The position numbers were made by a program, and so were the translations under genes. 64,000 bases of DNA from Dimorphilus gyrociliatus. Its lineage: Eukaryota > Animalia > Annelida. Of the stretch, positions 29,483-42,056 are shown in pieces. The notes under the pieces were generated by a model, which saw only the letters and a list, made by a program, of their open reading frames with translations, did not search any database and was not told the DNA's origin. The stretch is taken from the NCBI GenBank assembly GCA_904063045.1, contig CAJFCJ010000024.1, positions 372,001 to 436,000 of the forward strand, in the 5' to 3' direction. Numbering within the stretch: the first letter of the stretch is position 1; each line of letters opens with the position of its first letter.

Positions 29483-32417
29483 TTATGACGCGACTGTTTT
29501 TTGTTGTTTAATTTTTTTCCATGTTGCTCCACCCAAGGCTCTGGCAAAATGTTCGTCAACATCGCCCGTTTGTTCTTCTCTCCACTTGTTGCCTAAGGAT
29601 CTAGCAAAATGATCGTCGACATCTTCACTGGCTTTTTCAGTTTCTTCAACTTTCTTTGACGGTCGGAACTGATCGTAAGATGCTCCTAACGATTTTCGAA
29701 AATGTTCATCTATCTCCGAATCTAAATGTCCCGTGTTTTTTGTTGAATCTGGAATGGGCGTGCTTATGATCACCGGTTTTTTCATACTCAGGTTTAATGG
29801 GGCTTCTTCGTAGTTTGGTGTTGGAAAAGGAGAGGCGTGAGCTGGGGGTGCTCGATGTGTTAGACTTGATACTGCTGCTTCGTAAGAAGGAGGACTGAAA
29901 AACAAAAAACAAAAGCGGAATAAGTAAATGAGAAAAAAAAACTATTCGAAAATTTCTCAATAATCTCTTCAGTTATTCCACTAACGACTATTTTACTTAG
30001 AGAATCCATTAATCATTAATATTTTTACAGCACATGACTAATGATCTCGGATCTGCCAACTATTATGATAATAAGTAGATAATCATATGAAGAGATCGAG
30101 GTGAATAATATTTAAGAAATATATATAATCAAAATATTCCAAGTACAGAAGTACAAAAATGTTTTAAATATACAGTTTAGCCTCTCAATACAGTTTATAC
30201 TTGGAATTTTTTCCCTTCACTTTTAGAATTACAAAAGAATTCTTTATCCATATGAAAATTCCAGGTATTTTTTCTCAAGGTGGAAAATATGTGTGTGCAT
30301 TTTTTATAAAATAGCTAACGTTACCAACATTTCCCATCTTAAAATTACCTCTTGAATTATGCTGTAGTAGGATTAAGTATAAGTATTAAACCGACAATTT
30401 TATTTTCAGTTTATCCTGTCATTTCAGATATGTGGGGCACTTGGAACGAGTTTTTTTAGCTATCTACTAGGTTTACTAGTGCAAGTTTAAATATTTCCCA
30501 TTTATTTTTACTAAACTATTAGTAATGTCCGTGGCTATTTCAAACAAATATTCACGATTTTTATTATAGAGGCTCTACGGGATGCGAGGCCATCATTCGA
30601 AAAAATTTCTATACAGATAGCAAGTTACAATAAATGTTTTTTCTTTACCTTGTTTGGGTTTCCGCGCATTTTTTTACTTTATCATTTTCCAATTCTCTAG
30701 CTCGTTCTCTTTCCAGTTTTGCTCGTTTATAACGGATCATCTCGTCCCTTTCCGAATTTGATAATCGTTTCTCTAAATATGACAAAAGAAAGAAACTATA
30801 GAAAATAATTTTACAAAAGAATTAAGGGGAAATGGAAAAAAATCAATCTTTTATAAAAAAGATATTGAAGCAGAAAATGCAATTTTTAAGGTAAATAAAT
30901 AGCAGTACATTCTTTCGCAGAGGTTTTATCTCCCAGTGTGTTTCCTTTATCGTAAAAATGCCTATATATCTTCATCTGGATGACTAAATTTCAATACGAA
31001 AAATATTTTATAAAGAGACCCTTAAACATCCAATCTTTTTACTCGTTTAAAAGTAGCTTTTATTTAAAAGGGTAAGTTGATAAGCCATCAACCATTTTCT
31101 ACATTACTAATTACCTATGCACACAGGAGAAAATATTCCAAAATTTTTGTTCTAAATAGTAGCGATGTGTCTGCGTGACACTTCCGTCAGTCCCGGACTG
31201 TACAGGTCAAGCAAATAATTGCTACTAAAATTTAGACAGATCGTTCTAATATTGAAAAATAAAATATATTTGAAAGACCATTGAAAAAAATACCAAATTT
31301 TTTACAACTATTAGCTAAAGTGAGAAATTAATATTCGTTCTCATCAATCTATTATCAACTCTAAAATATTCTGTTGATAGCTAATAGCATCATTTAGTAA
31401 TGTTAAAAGGGGAAAGGTAAAGGTTTTTTTTTGTGGCGCGCTACTAACATATAATCATGTACGATTTACCATATAATTTATAACTCAGGATATACATTTT
31501 TATCATTTTTCTGACAATAGCTGATAAGAAAAACTAATATAAGCTATTTGTTCACTGAATCATAGTGGGAGAAAGTGAAAACTATATTCTTGCACATTTT
31601 TTTCTAATAGATCCCATTTACATATATGTATATATTATATATATATATATTATTTTTAATAATGAACCTTTCCATGGTAAAATCTAATAAAAATAAGTTA
31701 TATGTATAATCGATCTTCAATATACAACATTCGTACGAACAAATAAGTAATAGTATTGCGAAAATATCTTAACAGTTACTTTTCTGTAGTCGACAATATA
31801 TTCCAAACACATTTTTCATTGCCAAAAATCATAAATTTAGTACCAGATCTGACTGGTAATTGGATTATATTGAAAAATCTTTAAGAAAAAACTATCTACA
31901 AGTCTTAATGATAGAACAAGATCTTTTTAGGCAAGTGTTAATTAAAAAAGATTTAGATCACATAGTGACAACACATTTCTAGATTGAATAAGACGAATAA
32001 CTGGAATAAAACAACACTAAACAATAAATATACAAGGATTATCGATTTAAAATTCTTAGCAATCTGTCAAATATTATCAACAAGCTGATCCTAAAACAAA
32101 AATAACTTTAATCTAGCTTTTTACACCATTTATATCTTATACAAGTATTCTAAATATGTACCAAATATTACTACAGTTGTATAGTCCATCAGAAAATAGT
32201 ACAACATGTTGATTTCAAAACATGTTTAATCAGTTCGAAATTGAAGAACCCATCAATAGTTAAATTCAAAGAGAGTAATATAAAACCTCTTACAGAGAAG
32301 TGAAAATAATAGAGGATTAAATGAAATCAAGAAAGTTTCTGACTTACCTATATCACTGGATGTTCTCTCCACTAACGACGCGGCCCTCGATAGAACATGC
32401 AACGGACTTTCTTCCAT
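29483..32417 (-). CDS. VGLL4: Vestigial-like 4 / Tgi (Tondu-domain TEAD cofactor)
   Basis: Exons 32417-32348 (MEESPLHVLSRAASLV, the VGLL4 N-terminal motif), 30772-30649, 29894-29483 join in phase. Three TDU motifs: IDEHFRKSLG, VDDHFARSLG, VDEHFARALG. Confidence 0.9.
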
Positions 32418-33880
32418 AACAACAGCCGGCGTTCGAATGGCGCTGTGGAACGCGAATGGTGCGAAATCTTTGGAATTCCACCGATTATTGTTCAGCCTGC
32501 TTGCGGCGCCTGTGTGTGTGTGGGGAAAATATGTATAAGAGATTCCTTAAATTCTAAATTCTCCTCCTGATTTTCCTTTTACATCTTTTAGTTGAAAGTA
32601 TTTAACTTCTACTATTGATAAATATGTTCTGATTTACGTTTCAAAAACATAATTTGTCTACTTTCTCAGGGCGAAAGGAGAAGATATTTATTCGACATGT
32701 TAAGGAATGGCCATAAAGGAATGGTAGTAGCAATGAAAACATTTATATATATATATATATGCCATTTTAACTATTCCACCGACTTTTACTATATACTTCC
32801 TTCTTTGTTCATATAGCATTTTAGAGCCATTTTCTTGAACACTTAAGCGAAATCATTTAGCACTTTTGTGCTAAGTTAAATACAATTTAGATACCCTATC
32901 GAACAAAAACATTTGTTGGTTAATTGATTACTTCTTAAATCAGCTAAACCAAACATACCGTACAAACCAGATAATTCAATTCGATTAAGTATACACTTAA
33001 TGCTTTTAACGACCAATAGCAATCTCTAAATAGTAAAGTGAGATTAATTAACCCTGGAATTTTAGACATTAATTTTAAAACCACGGTCGTATCGTTTCTC
33101 ATCTAAATAGCATATTATTTTATCGGTAGAACTGGCTCGTTTAAATATTATGGCGAATCTATTATCGATACACATTCCCTGCATTCCTTAACTAAATGTC
33201 GCCGAAATTTAGCGTTTAGCAAACATTTTAAACGTTGATAGATGCGAAACGGCTCATCATTGTTTTTTAAGTAATAATTCATATTCGAAAAACTCTTGAA
33301 AGTGCCTTAATGGCGTAAAAATAAAATATTTACCCAATCTTCAAAGCGAAGGGAATACACCTGTCGGATGAATGACGTCACAGCGATTCCAAGCATAATT
33401 TGCATATTGAAATCTGAATTCTTATTGGTCAAGGGAAAGTGTTACATCCGGTAGATGTACTCTTAAATGGAATGAAAAATGGCGACTATTTTATTGATAT
33501 GTTCGACATTTTTATTCCACTTTTGAAGTTTAACACAAATAACGGTAATAGCGCTTTCTATACAAATATTTTTACAGCTCCATCTGTCGCTTTGTGGCCT
33601 TAAGTTATGCTAACGGTATTTCCTGTACAATGTTTGATAATTTTTAGAGAGTATTTACTTGTCATTGAAAGGCGACACCTCATAAAAAAATCTCCGTTCA
33701 TTGACACTTTATCACAACTTACTATTGATTAAACACAGAACAATAATCCAATGTGTCAGAAACCGAAAGTATGATATGGATAGGTTTATTAAAAATAAAT
33801 ACAAAATTCCAAATAGGCAGCAGAAATTTGAAGATCATAATAGTTTATTAATATAAAATATCGATGACTAGACGAGCCTT

Positions 33881-34249
33881 CTAAAGTCTCTGTACAGTCC
33901 ATTCTTTGAGCGATTTATAACATACTTCACTTTCACTGTCATTCATTCCAAACATATTTAACCATTTAATAAAATTATTCTTCTCTTTCTTCATAACAAG
34001 CAACATACCGAGTAGACTTTCAGCCTATTATTAGATTAAGAAAGTATAATAGGTTAGATGTTTCAGTCAAGAGACAAAACAAAATTGAATAACATCAACT
34101 AAAAGTAATATTTAAATTACTGTGTCAAATTTAGCTTCTTTCATGTTCCTGCTATGTTTTTCGTTTACGCCAGGAACTGCTGTAGTATCTTTACCGGCTA
34201 ACGATTTTAAGCTTAAAAACTCAAGACAATCTTTATCACATTCCGCCAT
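33881..34249 (-). CDS. Barrier-to-autointegration factor-like protein (90 aa)
   Basis: Exons 34249-34121 and 34024-33881 encode MAECDKDCLEFLSLKSLAGKDTTAVPGVNEKHSRNMKEAKFDT|AESLLGMLLVMKKEKNNFIKWLNMFGMNDSESEVCYKSLKEWTVQRL*. This aligns with BAF ([25 protein letters not shown]...CFGCLREWC). Absent from the ORF track. Confidence 0.85.
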
Positions 34250-34905
34250 TGTTGCTTTTGAAATAAGAGGTAAAAAGTATTAAACAAATCATTACCAGTT
34301 TTTCTTATAGTGATTGAATACTACTTTAGTAATGGGCACAATTTTTAAATCTTTAAGAATAACATCATTAAAACAGATTTCGCGCAGTTGTTACCCGGAG
34401 AGAGAAGGTGTAACTTTATTGAAATGTTACAAAAGTGGATTACGTATACTACAAAGATGGTAGGAGGGGAAAAGGAGGTTTAACACATACATAATAAATA
34501 CAAAATTCCAATTAATGTTGTACACTATTCATTAAATTAGAATAAATAACCTGAATTTAATAATTTTCATTAAACCTAAATTAGAATGTTACAAATATTT
34601 AATCCATTTTTTATTGTAGATGATGGGTGGGGGTGGAGGGTTAGAAAATTGAAGATAGAGAGAACATATTAATTAATTTCTTTTGTCATAATCAATTAAA
34701 TATTGTAGACAGTTTCAATTAGGACAATTTTGTTTGTATTAGAAAAAGGAAACTCCAAATAATAATAATAATATCAGCCAAAAATTGTAATAATACAGTA
34801 CTATTTAACATAAATTAATAAGATTGACAAAAATAAATTGGGTTAATTAATTCAGTGATGAAAGAGTAAAAAGTTTTTATGATTATGTCAATTTGTCTTA
34901 GCAGT

Positions 34906-37900
34906 TTATGTGAATTCATTTACTGGAATTTCAGTTTTAGCTGGTACCATTTGACTAAATAAATATGTTTGAGTCAGGCATGATAGGCCAAAGAAGAGCC
35001 AAAAGAACAAACGATCTACAAATTTTGTAACTAATTTCCATTTTCTTTCAATAATGATGGAGCTATGTTCGATTTTAACTGAATCAGGATGATCCGAAGA
35101 TCTATGTCCACATATGTAACAATCGTTATCTACTTGATTACTCATTTCACTATCGGTAATTGAAAGAACTTCGCCACTGTGGTTATGTTGTAAGTTATTT
35201 GCTAGACGATTACGACTTGATGATCCTAAACCGTCTTTATTATTCGAGTAGAATCTTAAAGCTATTTTGTAAATAAATTTCGGTGGCTCCCTTTTAGAAT
35301 CCTTCTTTGCGTATAAATTCGTTACAATAACTGCCATAACTAGGGCGATTGTAACCATAAGCATAGTTGAACAGAAAAACATACCTGAAGGGTAAAAAAG
35401 GAAAAAAAATGATCTTTTAAGTAACAATTATTAGAATTGAGGTAATATGCAGTGTCAATTTTTTACGCCGCAATGCTATTTTTAGATACGGCCGTCCCCA
35501 TTTAACTTTGACGTCTATTTTTCTGCTGTTTTCTGGAACATTCCTCAGATAAATCGAAAATATTCTGACTTGTTCGAGTGATTGCTGTATTATTTATAGG
35601 GAATAAGGGAAAAAAACCAACCTAAGACCGGCAACGCGTCCGGAGTAGGCGGCATACTCTCGCCAACCATCAGTAGAAAAACACACAGGGCTAAAAGGAT
35701 TGTTGTCTCCAAATTTACTTTTTCACCACTTTCAACAGGAAGGAAGAAACCCAAGAAGGATATAAGAAAAATTAGGAAGCAAGGGGCAATCAGATTGACT
35801 ACGTAGAAAAGCGATCCTCTCCTCATATGAATAGTGAAAGTGACATCCGGATACGGCTCTTCACAGCAGGTATACTTTTTCTCATTCCTGCTGGCTGTTA
35901 TTCCTTCTACTCTCCATTCTTGGTTATCTGGGACATAATAAACCGTATTCTTGAAGGTAGAATTGTAGATTAAATCCAACTGGAATCCATGATAGGTCCA
36001 GCTGATAAAGACTATATCGCATTTCTGAGTATCAAAGGGAAAAAATTTGACGTTTAACGTGCAGTAAGTCTTAACCAAAGCCGGAAAAAGCCAAAGAACT
36101 AGGCCATTGTTGTAAACGATGGCATTTGTAATCACGTAATCGTTAAATTTATCGCCAGCACTGTATAAATAAGACGATGTACATTGAGAGTGTGAAGAAG
36201 AGAAAACAAGAAATAAATTATCTTATTTGAAGGTAAATGAACCTTAAAGAAGTGTACAAGCAAATGGACACCTGTTCTTAAGTAAAATTGGAAAGGGGGC
36301 AATTACTAAATACAAGAAGAATATATGAAGGATAAAAGACAGTTGCTGGGTTAATCTTTTTTGTTTTGCTGTTGAGAATAGAATTCATAAATTACCTCAT
36401 TAAATATGAATATTAATAATATCTAAGAAGATCCTTACAAATATAAATACGCGCTAAATGATTTGTAAAAATAATCTACGAAATTTTCTGTTGCCTTTAA
36501 CGGCAGTATTTCCGGTTGGATCACTTAAGTTGTAAATACTTTAAGCCCTTGCCAAATGATTTTATCAATATTCTAAAAATATTCTCCCTCTCCCCTCCTC
36601 TCTCTCTCCCTCTTCTCTCTCTGTCTCTCTCTCTCTTGGTGTGTCTCTGTGTCTCTTTCTTTCTTTCTTCGTTCCTCCTTCCCTTCATCTCTCATTCTAT
36701 TTTTCTATATGTCTCGACTTTCCAGAACAAACTAAGAATTGCTACTTTGATTTCAAAGAGCAGTGAGGAAAACTAGTTGAAGAGATGAGCAAGAAGGACA
36801 ACTTGATACATTTTTTAATCGAATTCTAAACAGAAAGTAACAATTTATTAATTTATCTAGTAACTTACAAATTTGATATAACTAAGTCTGGTGTCCATAT
36901 AGCATCAGATGGTACGTGAATACTTTGAACGTTACCAAATTTTGATGAATCCCATACCAGTAATTCGTCGTACCAACGTTGTCTTATAGATAATAAACTG
37001 GTAAACGTCTGCTGCTTTTCATCCTGTTAAAATGGGATATGTCCTTTGATACAAACAGGCTCTTCGTGATAAAAGAGGAACTTACCGTGTCGAGAATGTG
37101 ATACAATGAAATGGCAACGCTAACTTCAATAGTACTGTTATCGTTTTTAACTGGTCTTGTAGTTTTATCGTAGTTTTTTAAGATTCTTTGCTTTATCTTA
37201 TATTCGTACGATTTAGGCCTATATGACGTTACTGTTTTGAAAAGTGAAAAGAATATTAGAAGAGAATTAGAAAGCTCTATTAATCAACTGTATTTTGACT
37301 CTTTTTTTTATCTGTCATCAAAATGAACACGCAGACGCATATTTCATCACAAACCGAATTGTTTATTCCCTTTTAGTTAGAACTTTGGCGCATGCGCACG
37401 AAAGTAGATCTGCCCGAGGGTTTTAAAAAAATAGAAGGAATTAAGAGGTATACAAGGAGAAAGTAGAAAAAGAGGAGATGGAAAGATATTAAATTTTTGT
37501 GAATTATTGGTTGTAAAGGTAAGTATCTTAGTTTTTTTTAACGCCTTTGTAGGAGGTTTTCAATTTTTTTCCTAGTGTAAAGACTCAACGTCACACTTTT
37601 CTAATGTCAATCCAATTAACAAGTTACCCTGTGCTCTCTCATCAGTGGGATGTCATAAATTAAATGTAATTGCATTCTTAAAATCTCCTATTACCAACAA
37701 TAGCAATCATATTGAAATATCAATGAAAATGATGTATACTCTAAACTATCATTTATAGTATATGAGATAGATAATAATGCTGAATATATTTATATAAATG
37801 TATAATATATAAATATATATTGTATATAATATACATAAAATAAATAGGAAGTGGAAAAAGTAAGATTATTTTTATATCAGCTATGAAAATACCAAGTAAC

Positions 37901-38734
37901 TTGACTCAATAAGAACAGTTATGTAATGCGTGACGTAATTCGTTGAGGCAAAACTAGCCGAAATACTATACTTTGTAAACTATGATTTAGTGAAGTATTG
38001 AAAAGACATTTTAGCGTCTAGGGAAATATTTAAGACGTCTTTTTTTTTCTTTTCTCTTGTACTCCATGACTTTTACATTATACAAGATTTTCCTTTTTTT
38101 GTATACACACACTTTCAATATTATTCTTTATTGTTTTCCTAAGAAATTTTGCCATTTTCTTCTCTCTCTCTCTCTCTCTTCTCTCCTCTCTCTTCTCTCT
38201 TCTCTCTTCTCTCACTCACTCACTCACTCACTCACTCACTCACTCACTCACTCTATATACCTCTCTCCCGCTCTCTCTCTCTTACTGTCTTCTCTTTCTC
38301 TCCTGTGTTCCTACTTTGAGCTAAGCCTCTCTTTCTCAATCTTTCCAATGCTTAGTGAAATAATATCATTGTAGATAAAAGAGAAATTATTGTTGGATTA
38401 TATTAATCCTTTTCCATAATAGTGTTTTAGTAAGTCTTCAATACTATAAGTAAGAGAATATGAATATGAAAATATATACAGCGTTTGTATATAAATATTA
38501 ATACATGTGTACGATATTGTCAATTGTAACGCGTAATACATATAAATCGCAAAAGAAGGCTCATTTGCATATGCAAAATCCCACCTATGAAACAGTAATT
38601 AAAGAATACTTAAAGCCTCTTTTTGCAGGATATTTTATACATTTTACAGACACCAATATAAAATAAAATTACTTAAACCAACCTGTTGCAAACATAACTA
38701 TAATGAATAGCCTAAGGGTTATGAACCTCTCCAT
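34906..38734 (-). CDS. Nicotinic acetylcholine receptor alpha-type subunit (Cys-loop channel)
   Basis: Signal-peptide exon 38734-38683 (MERFITLRLFIIVMFAT), then exons at about 37230-37086, about 37022-36868, 36160-35622 and 35384-34906. Cys-loop CTLNVKFFPFDTQKC, loop B SWTY, loop C YTCCEEPY (vicinal cysteines), ESGEK before M2, and M4 VDRLFFWLF. Confidence 0.93.
38157..38300. repeat. Compound pyrimidine-rich microsatellite (CT)n/(CTCA)n
   Basis: Directly visible, in nAChR intron 1. It produces the spurious ORF 38057..38374. Confidence 0.95.
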
Positions 38735-39824
38735 TATCCTCTTCTTCTGACCTTCTACTTGTTTTACTCGTCTCTCTAGTCTTTTTTCTTTTTCACTATT
38801 TTTCTTCGTGACCTATTTTTTAAAAGGTTATTTTCCGTATTTTACCATAAAAAAACTTCAAAATTTTCTCCAGTTGTTTTTTTTTACTTTACCCCGACGC
38901 GTGCGAACCGCAAAGGACAAGTGGTTGTGCAAACCCTTTCGCCGTGCGCATACAGCGCCGCCTTTTGAAGTTTTATCAACCGTATTTATTTGACCAGATA
39001 ATCCGATGCTACGAAAGCGATAATTGTTTGCTTAATAAATAGCTAGCTAACGATAAATGGGTTGGCGTAATATTTGCTGGTAAGCATGAACGAATTATTT
39101 CAAAAAAGTGCAATGAAAGAAAGCTTGATATGGTTCGAGGGGAAAGAGTCTAACGTTGGTTTAACGAACACCAAAAATAAGAAGAGAAAAGAGAAAAGAT
39201 TACGCCTCTCTGACAAGTCAATACAGAGATAGCTAGAAAGAAAATTGATATACTGCTGAAATGATTTTTAATATCTGCAAAATTCGATCACTGTCATTTA
39301 AGAATATAAATTCAATATTTTTGAGATATTTTGACAAGTTGGCTGTAAAACGACCGTTACATCGTCTAGCAGAGTATCCATTTTCTATCAGAAATTGATA
39401 GAGAATACAACGATGTTACACGCAACCTTCGACATTCTCTCTTCTCCCATCGCTTTTTTTTTACCTTCCTTCACTCCGTAGATCTATTATTTTTCGACAT
39501 TTTCAATAGGCAAAGCGAACAAGTGGAAGAATATTTTATATTGTACAGTAAATTCGAAATCATTAAGAGGAGTTCCTATAGTAGTGCTTTCTTTTCATCC
39601 CCTTTATGTTTTATACTAAATGACAATGTACTATATATTAAATAGAAAAGTTACAAGAGAAGTTACTGTGGAAAGCTTATAATAAAGAATAAGTTTCGCT
39701 GATTTTATAGAAGAAATTAGCAAGTGGATAATGGTGTAAGCATATGTATTAAAAGAAAAATAGATAAATGAAAAAAGCATTTCTTTCCATTGATTTTAAT
39801 TCAATTTAGGAGAAAAAGGGTGAG

Positions 39825-39831
39825 GGAGAGA

Positions 39832-39866
<35 letters not shown>

Positions 39867-39930
39867 GTGCAGGCAGATAGAGAGGAAAAGTGAGGGAAAG
39901 AAAGAGAGAGAGAGAGTGAGAGAGAGAAAA
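39825..39930. repeat. (GA)n purine-rich microsatellite
   Basis: Directly visible. Confidence 0.9.
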
Positions 39931-40354
39931 GGAGGAAAAAGCATCATTGTTGTTAAGTATTAGGTTTGTAATTTGTTTGTCAGTTTTTATTCCTTTACTA
40001 AATCAATTCTATTTGTGAGAAACATTTCCTAGCAATTTGTACAAGTTTAGTTTTTCTACATTCCAGATCTGGTGGTAACATTATTCTATAAAAGTTATAA
40101 AGAATTTCGAACATAACATTTTTAACACTATCTTTTTTTACATCTGTTGACAAAAAAAGGATCTTTTTCCAGTCTACATGCCTTATACTGTATGTATATA
40201 TATAGAGAGATTTAATAATTTATTTGAATATAATAACATTTATACAAATTTTTACCCATACTTTGATACAACTGTAAAAGAAAAAGAGGAAAGATAGAGA
40301 ATATATTGGAAAACAAAAGACTTAAAATAGATTTCTTTATATAAAGTTTTAGTT

Positions 40355-41267
40355 TCATTTTGGCAGCTTATCAGACATAAATATTTTAACAAATTCTGAA
40401 TAGCTAAATTTACCATCTCTATCTGTATCGTAACTCTTCGCTAAATCATTTAATAACTTTCTCGCATCTGCTACTTCCATTTGATGGGGTCCTTTTCCAG
40501 TAAGGATCTTAAGCATCTGAGGATATCTTTTTTTTTTTGAAGGGATTATTAAAAAGTATGTAATAATTAATTAAAGATTTGACAATGTAATCCTTATCTT
40601 TAAATACCTGATGTATCCATCACCATTTTGGTCAAATTTTTTAAAGGCTGCCATCAATTCAACACCATATTCGGCGTGTAAGTTAATTACGTCCAATTGA
40701 TCGATAATCTCTTTGATTTGTAGTTTACCATCACCTTTTTTCGATTATTAATGATAAGTAATTATCTATTTTTATTGTATTTTTGTTTTTTATAAAAAGA
40801 GATCTTTACCATTTTTATCGAGATGTTTGGTTAAAAATTTTAAATCTTCGAAAGATGCTTGAAATCCAACGGCGGATAAACACTCTTCTAATTCATCTAG
40901 GTCAACATCGCCACTTCCGTCGATATCTTTACTCTTCAATATGTCCTCTATCACTATTGATCGGCAAAAAACGAAACTATAAAATAAAAGCTACTAAACT
41001 AAGCCATTTACTAAAGACATTCTTAGTTTTTGTTGTCGTGTCTTTTTTAAAGCTCTACAAGAAATACTTAGTCATCATTGAAAGGATTATTAAATGAGAT
41101 AACAAGATAAACTATTGGATGGATACTAAAGTTAATGAATATTTAAAAGGTAAATAAAAGAAAGAAAAATAACTAACAATAACTATTAGAAAGCTTTTAC
41201 CTCTTCTAGCTTCGTATGATAGTAAAAACCCCTGACTTTTGCCTTCCATATCCTCTACGTCAGACAT
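40355..41267 (-). CDS. Calmodulin-like protein with four EF-hands (about 169 aa)
   Basis: Exons 41267-41201, 40953-40810, 40734-40608, 40526-40355. EF loops DIDGSGDVDLDE, DKNGDGKLQIKE, DQNGDGYIRYPQ, DTDRDGKFSYSE. Confidence 0.85.
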
Positions 41268-41858
41268 GATTTGTAAGAATAAACTCTAATATAATTTTGT
41301 GATTGTTAATATCACTATCCTACAAAGGAACTATGACAACAATCAACCTATGATTACGAGTTAATATTCCTATACAAACAGCAATTCAAGAAATCAGATA
41401 TTATAGAAGATCTTTATATTTATACTATTTATTTTTGACAATTCTGTTTTGGCCTAACGAAACAATCAATAATTTTCCCATTTCTTAGTACTATCAATCA
41501 ACCTTTGTAATTGTTAAATTCGAATTATTTAAACATTGACAAGCCAATCGTTACACCGTATACGTTTTATGTTAGTTTAAGCTTCAATGAACTTAATGAT
41601 TTATTCCTTATATCATTAATTTTTATATTTTTTACACAGATTTCTCTTTTTATCGATTTCCTTTTCCTTCTTATTTAAATTTTAATGTTTTTTTCTCTTT
41701 CCCGCTAAAAAATTATTCCTTATATGTTACATATATATATATATATATATATATTGTTTGTTTGTTTGTTTTTTGGGAGTGGGAGGAAAAGGAAAGGAGG
41801 ATGGGTTGGCAAAAAAGATAAAGAGAATGTGAGAAATAATGATAATAATATTAATAAT

Positions 41859-41878
41859 AAAGCTTGATCACGTGATAT
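41859..41878. repeat. 20-bp inverted repeat, left copy (AAAGCTTGATCACGTGATAT)
   Basis: Exact reverse complement of 46945-46964. Confidence 0.85.
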
Positions 41879-42056
41879 ATAGAAATCATTATCAAAATAA
41901 TTAGTATCAATTATTATATATAATAACTTTACAGATTATTTAAATTGTTGATTTTTTTGTTTTTGAATATTTTTGTTTGTCCTAAGTTAATTGAAAACTT
42001 GTCCATTATTAATTTTTATGTGTTTTTAACTCTTTGAGAATCCTTCTTCTCCCTTG

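Noticed and set aside
30900-30985. Possible extra VGLL4 exon (VIQMKIYRHFYDKGNTLGDKTSAKE)
   Set aside because: Its junction to the next exon would create TAG. Exon 1 joins exon 30772 cleanly without it. It could at most be a poison exon.
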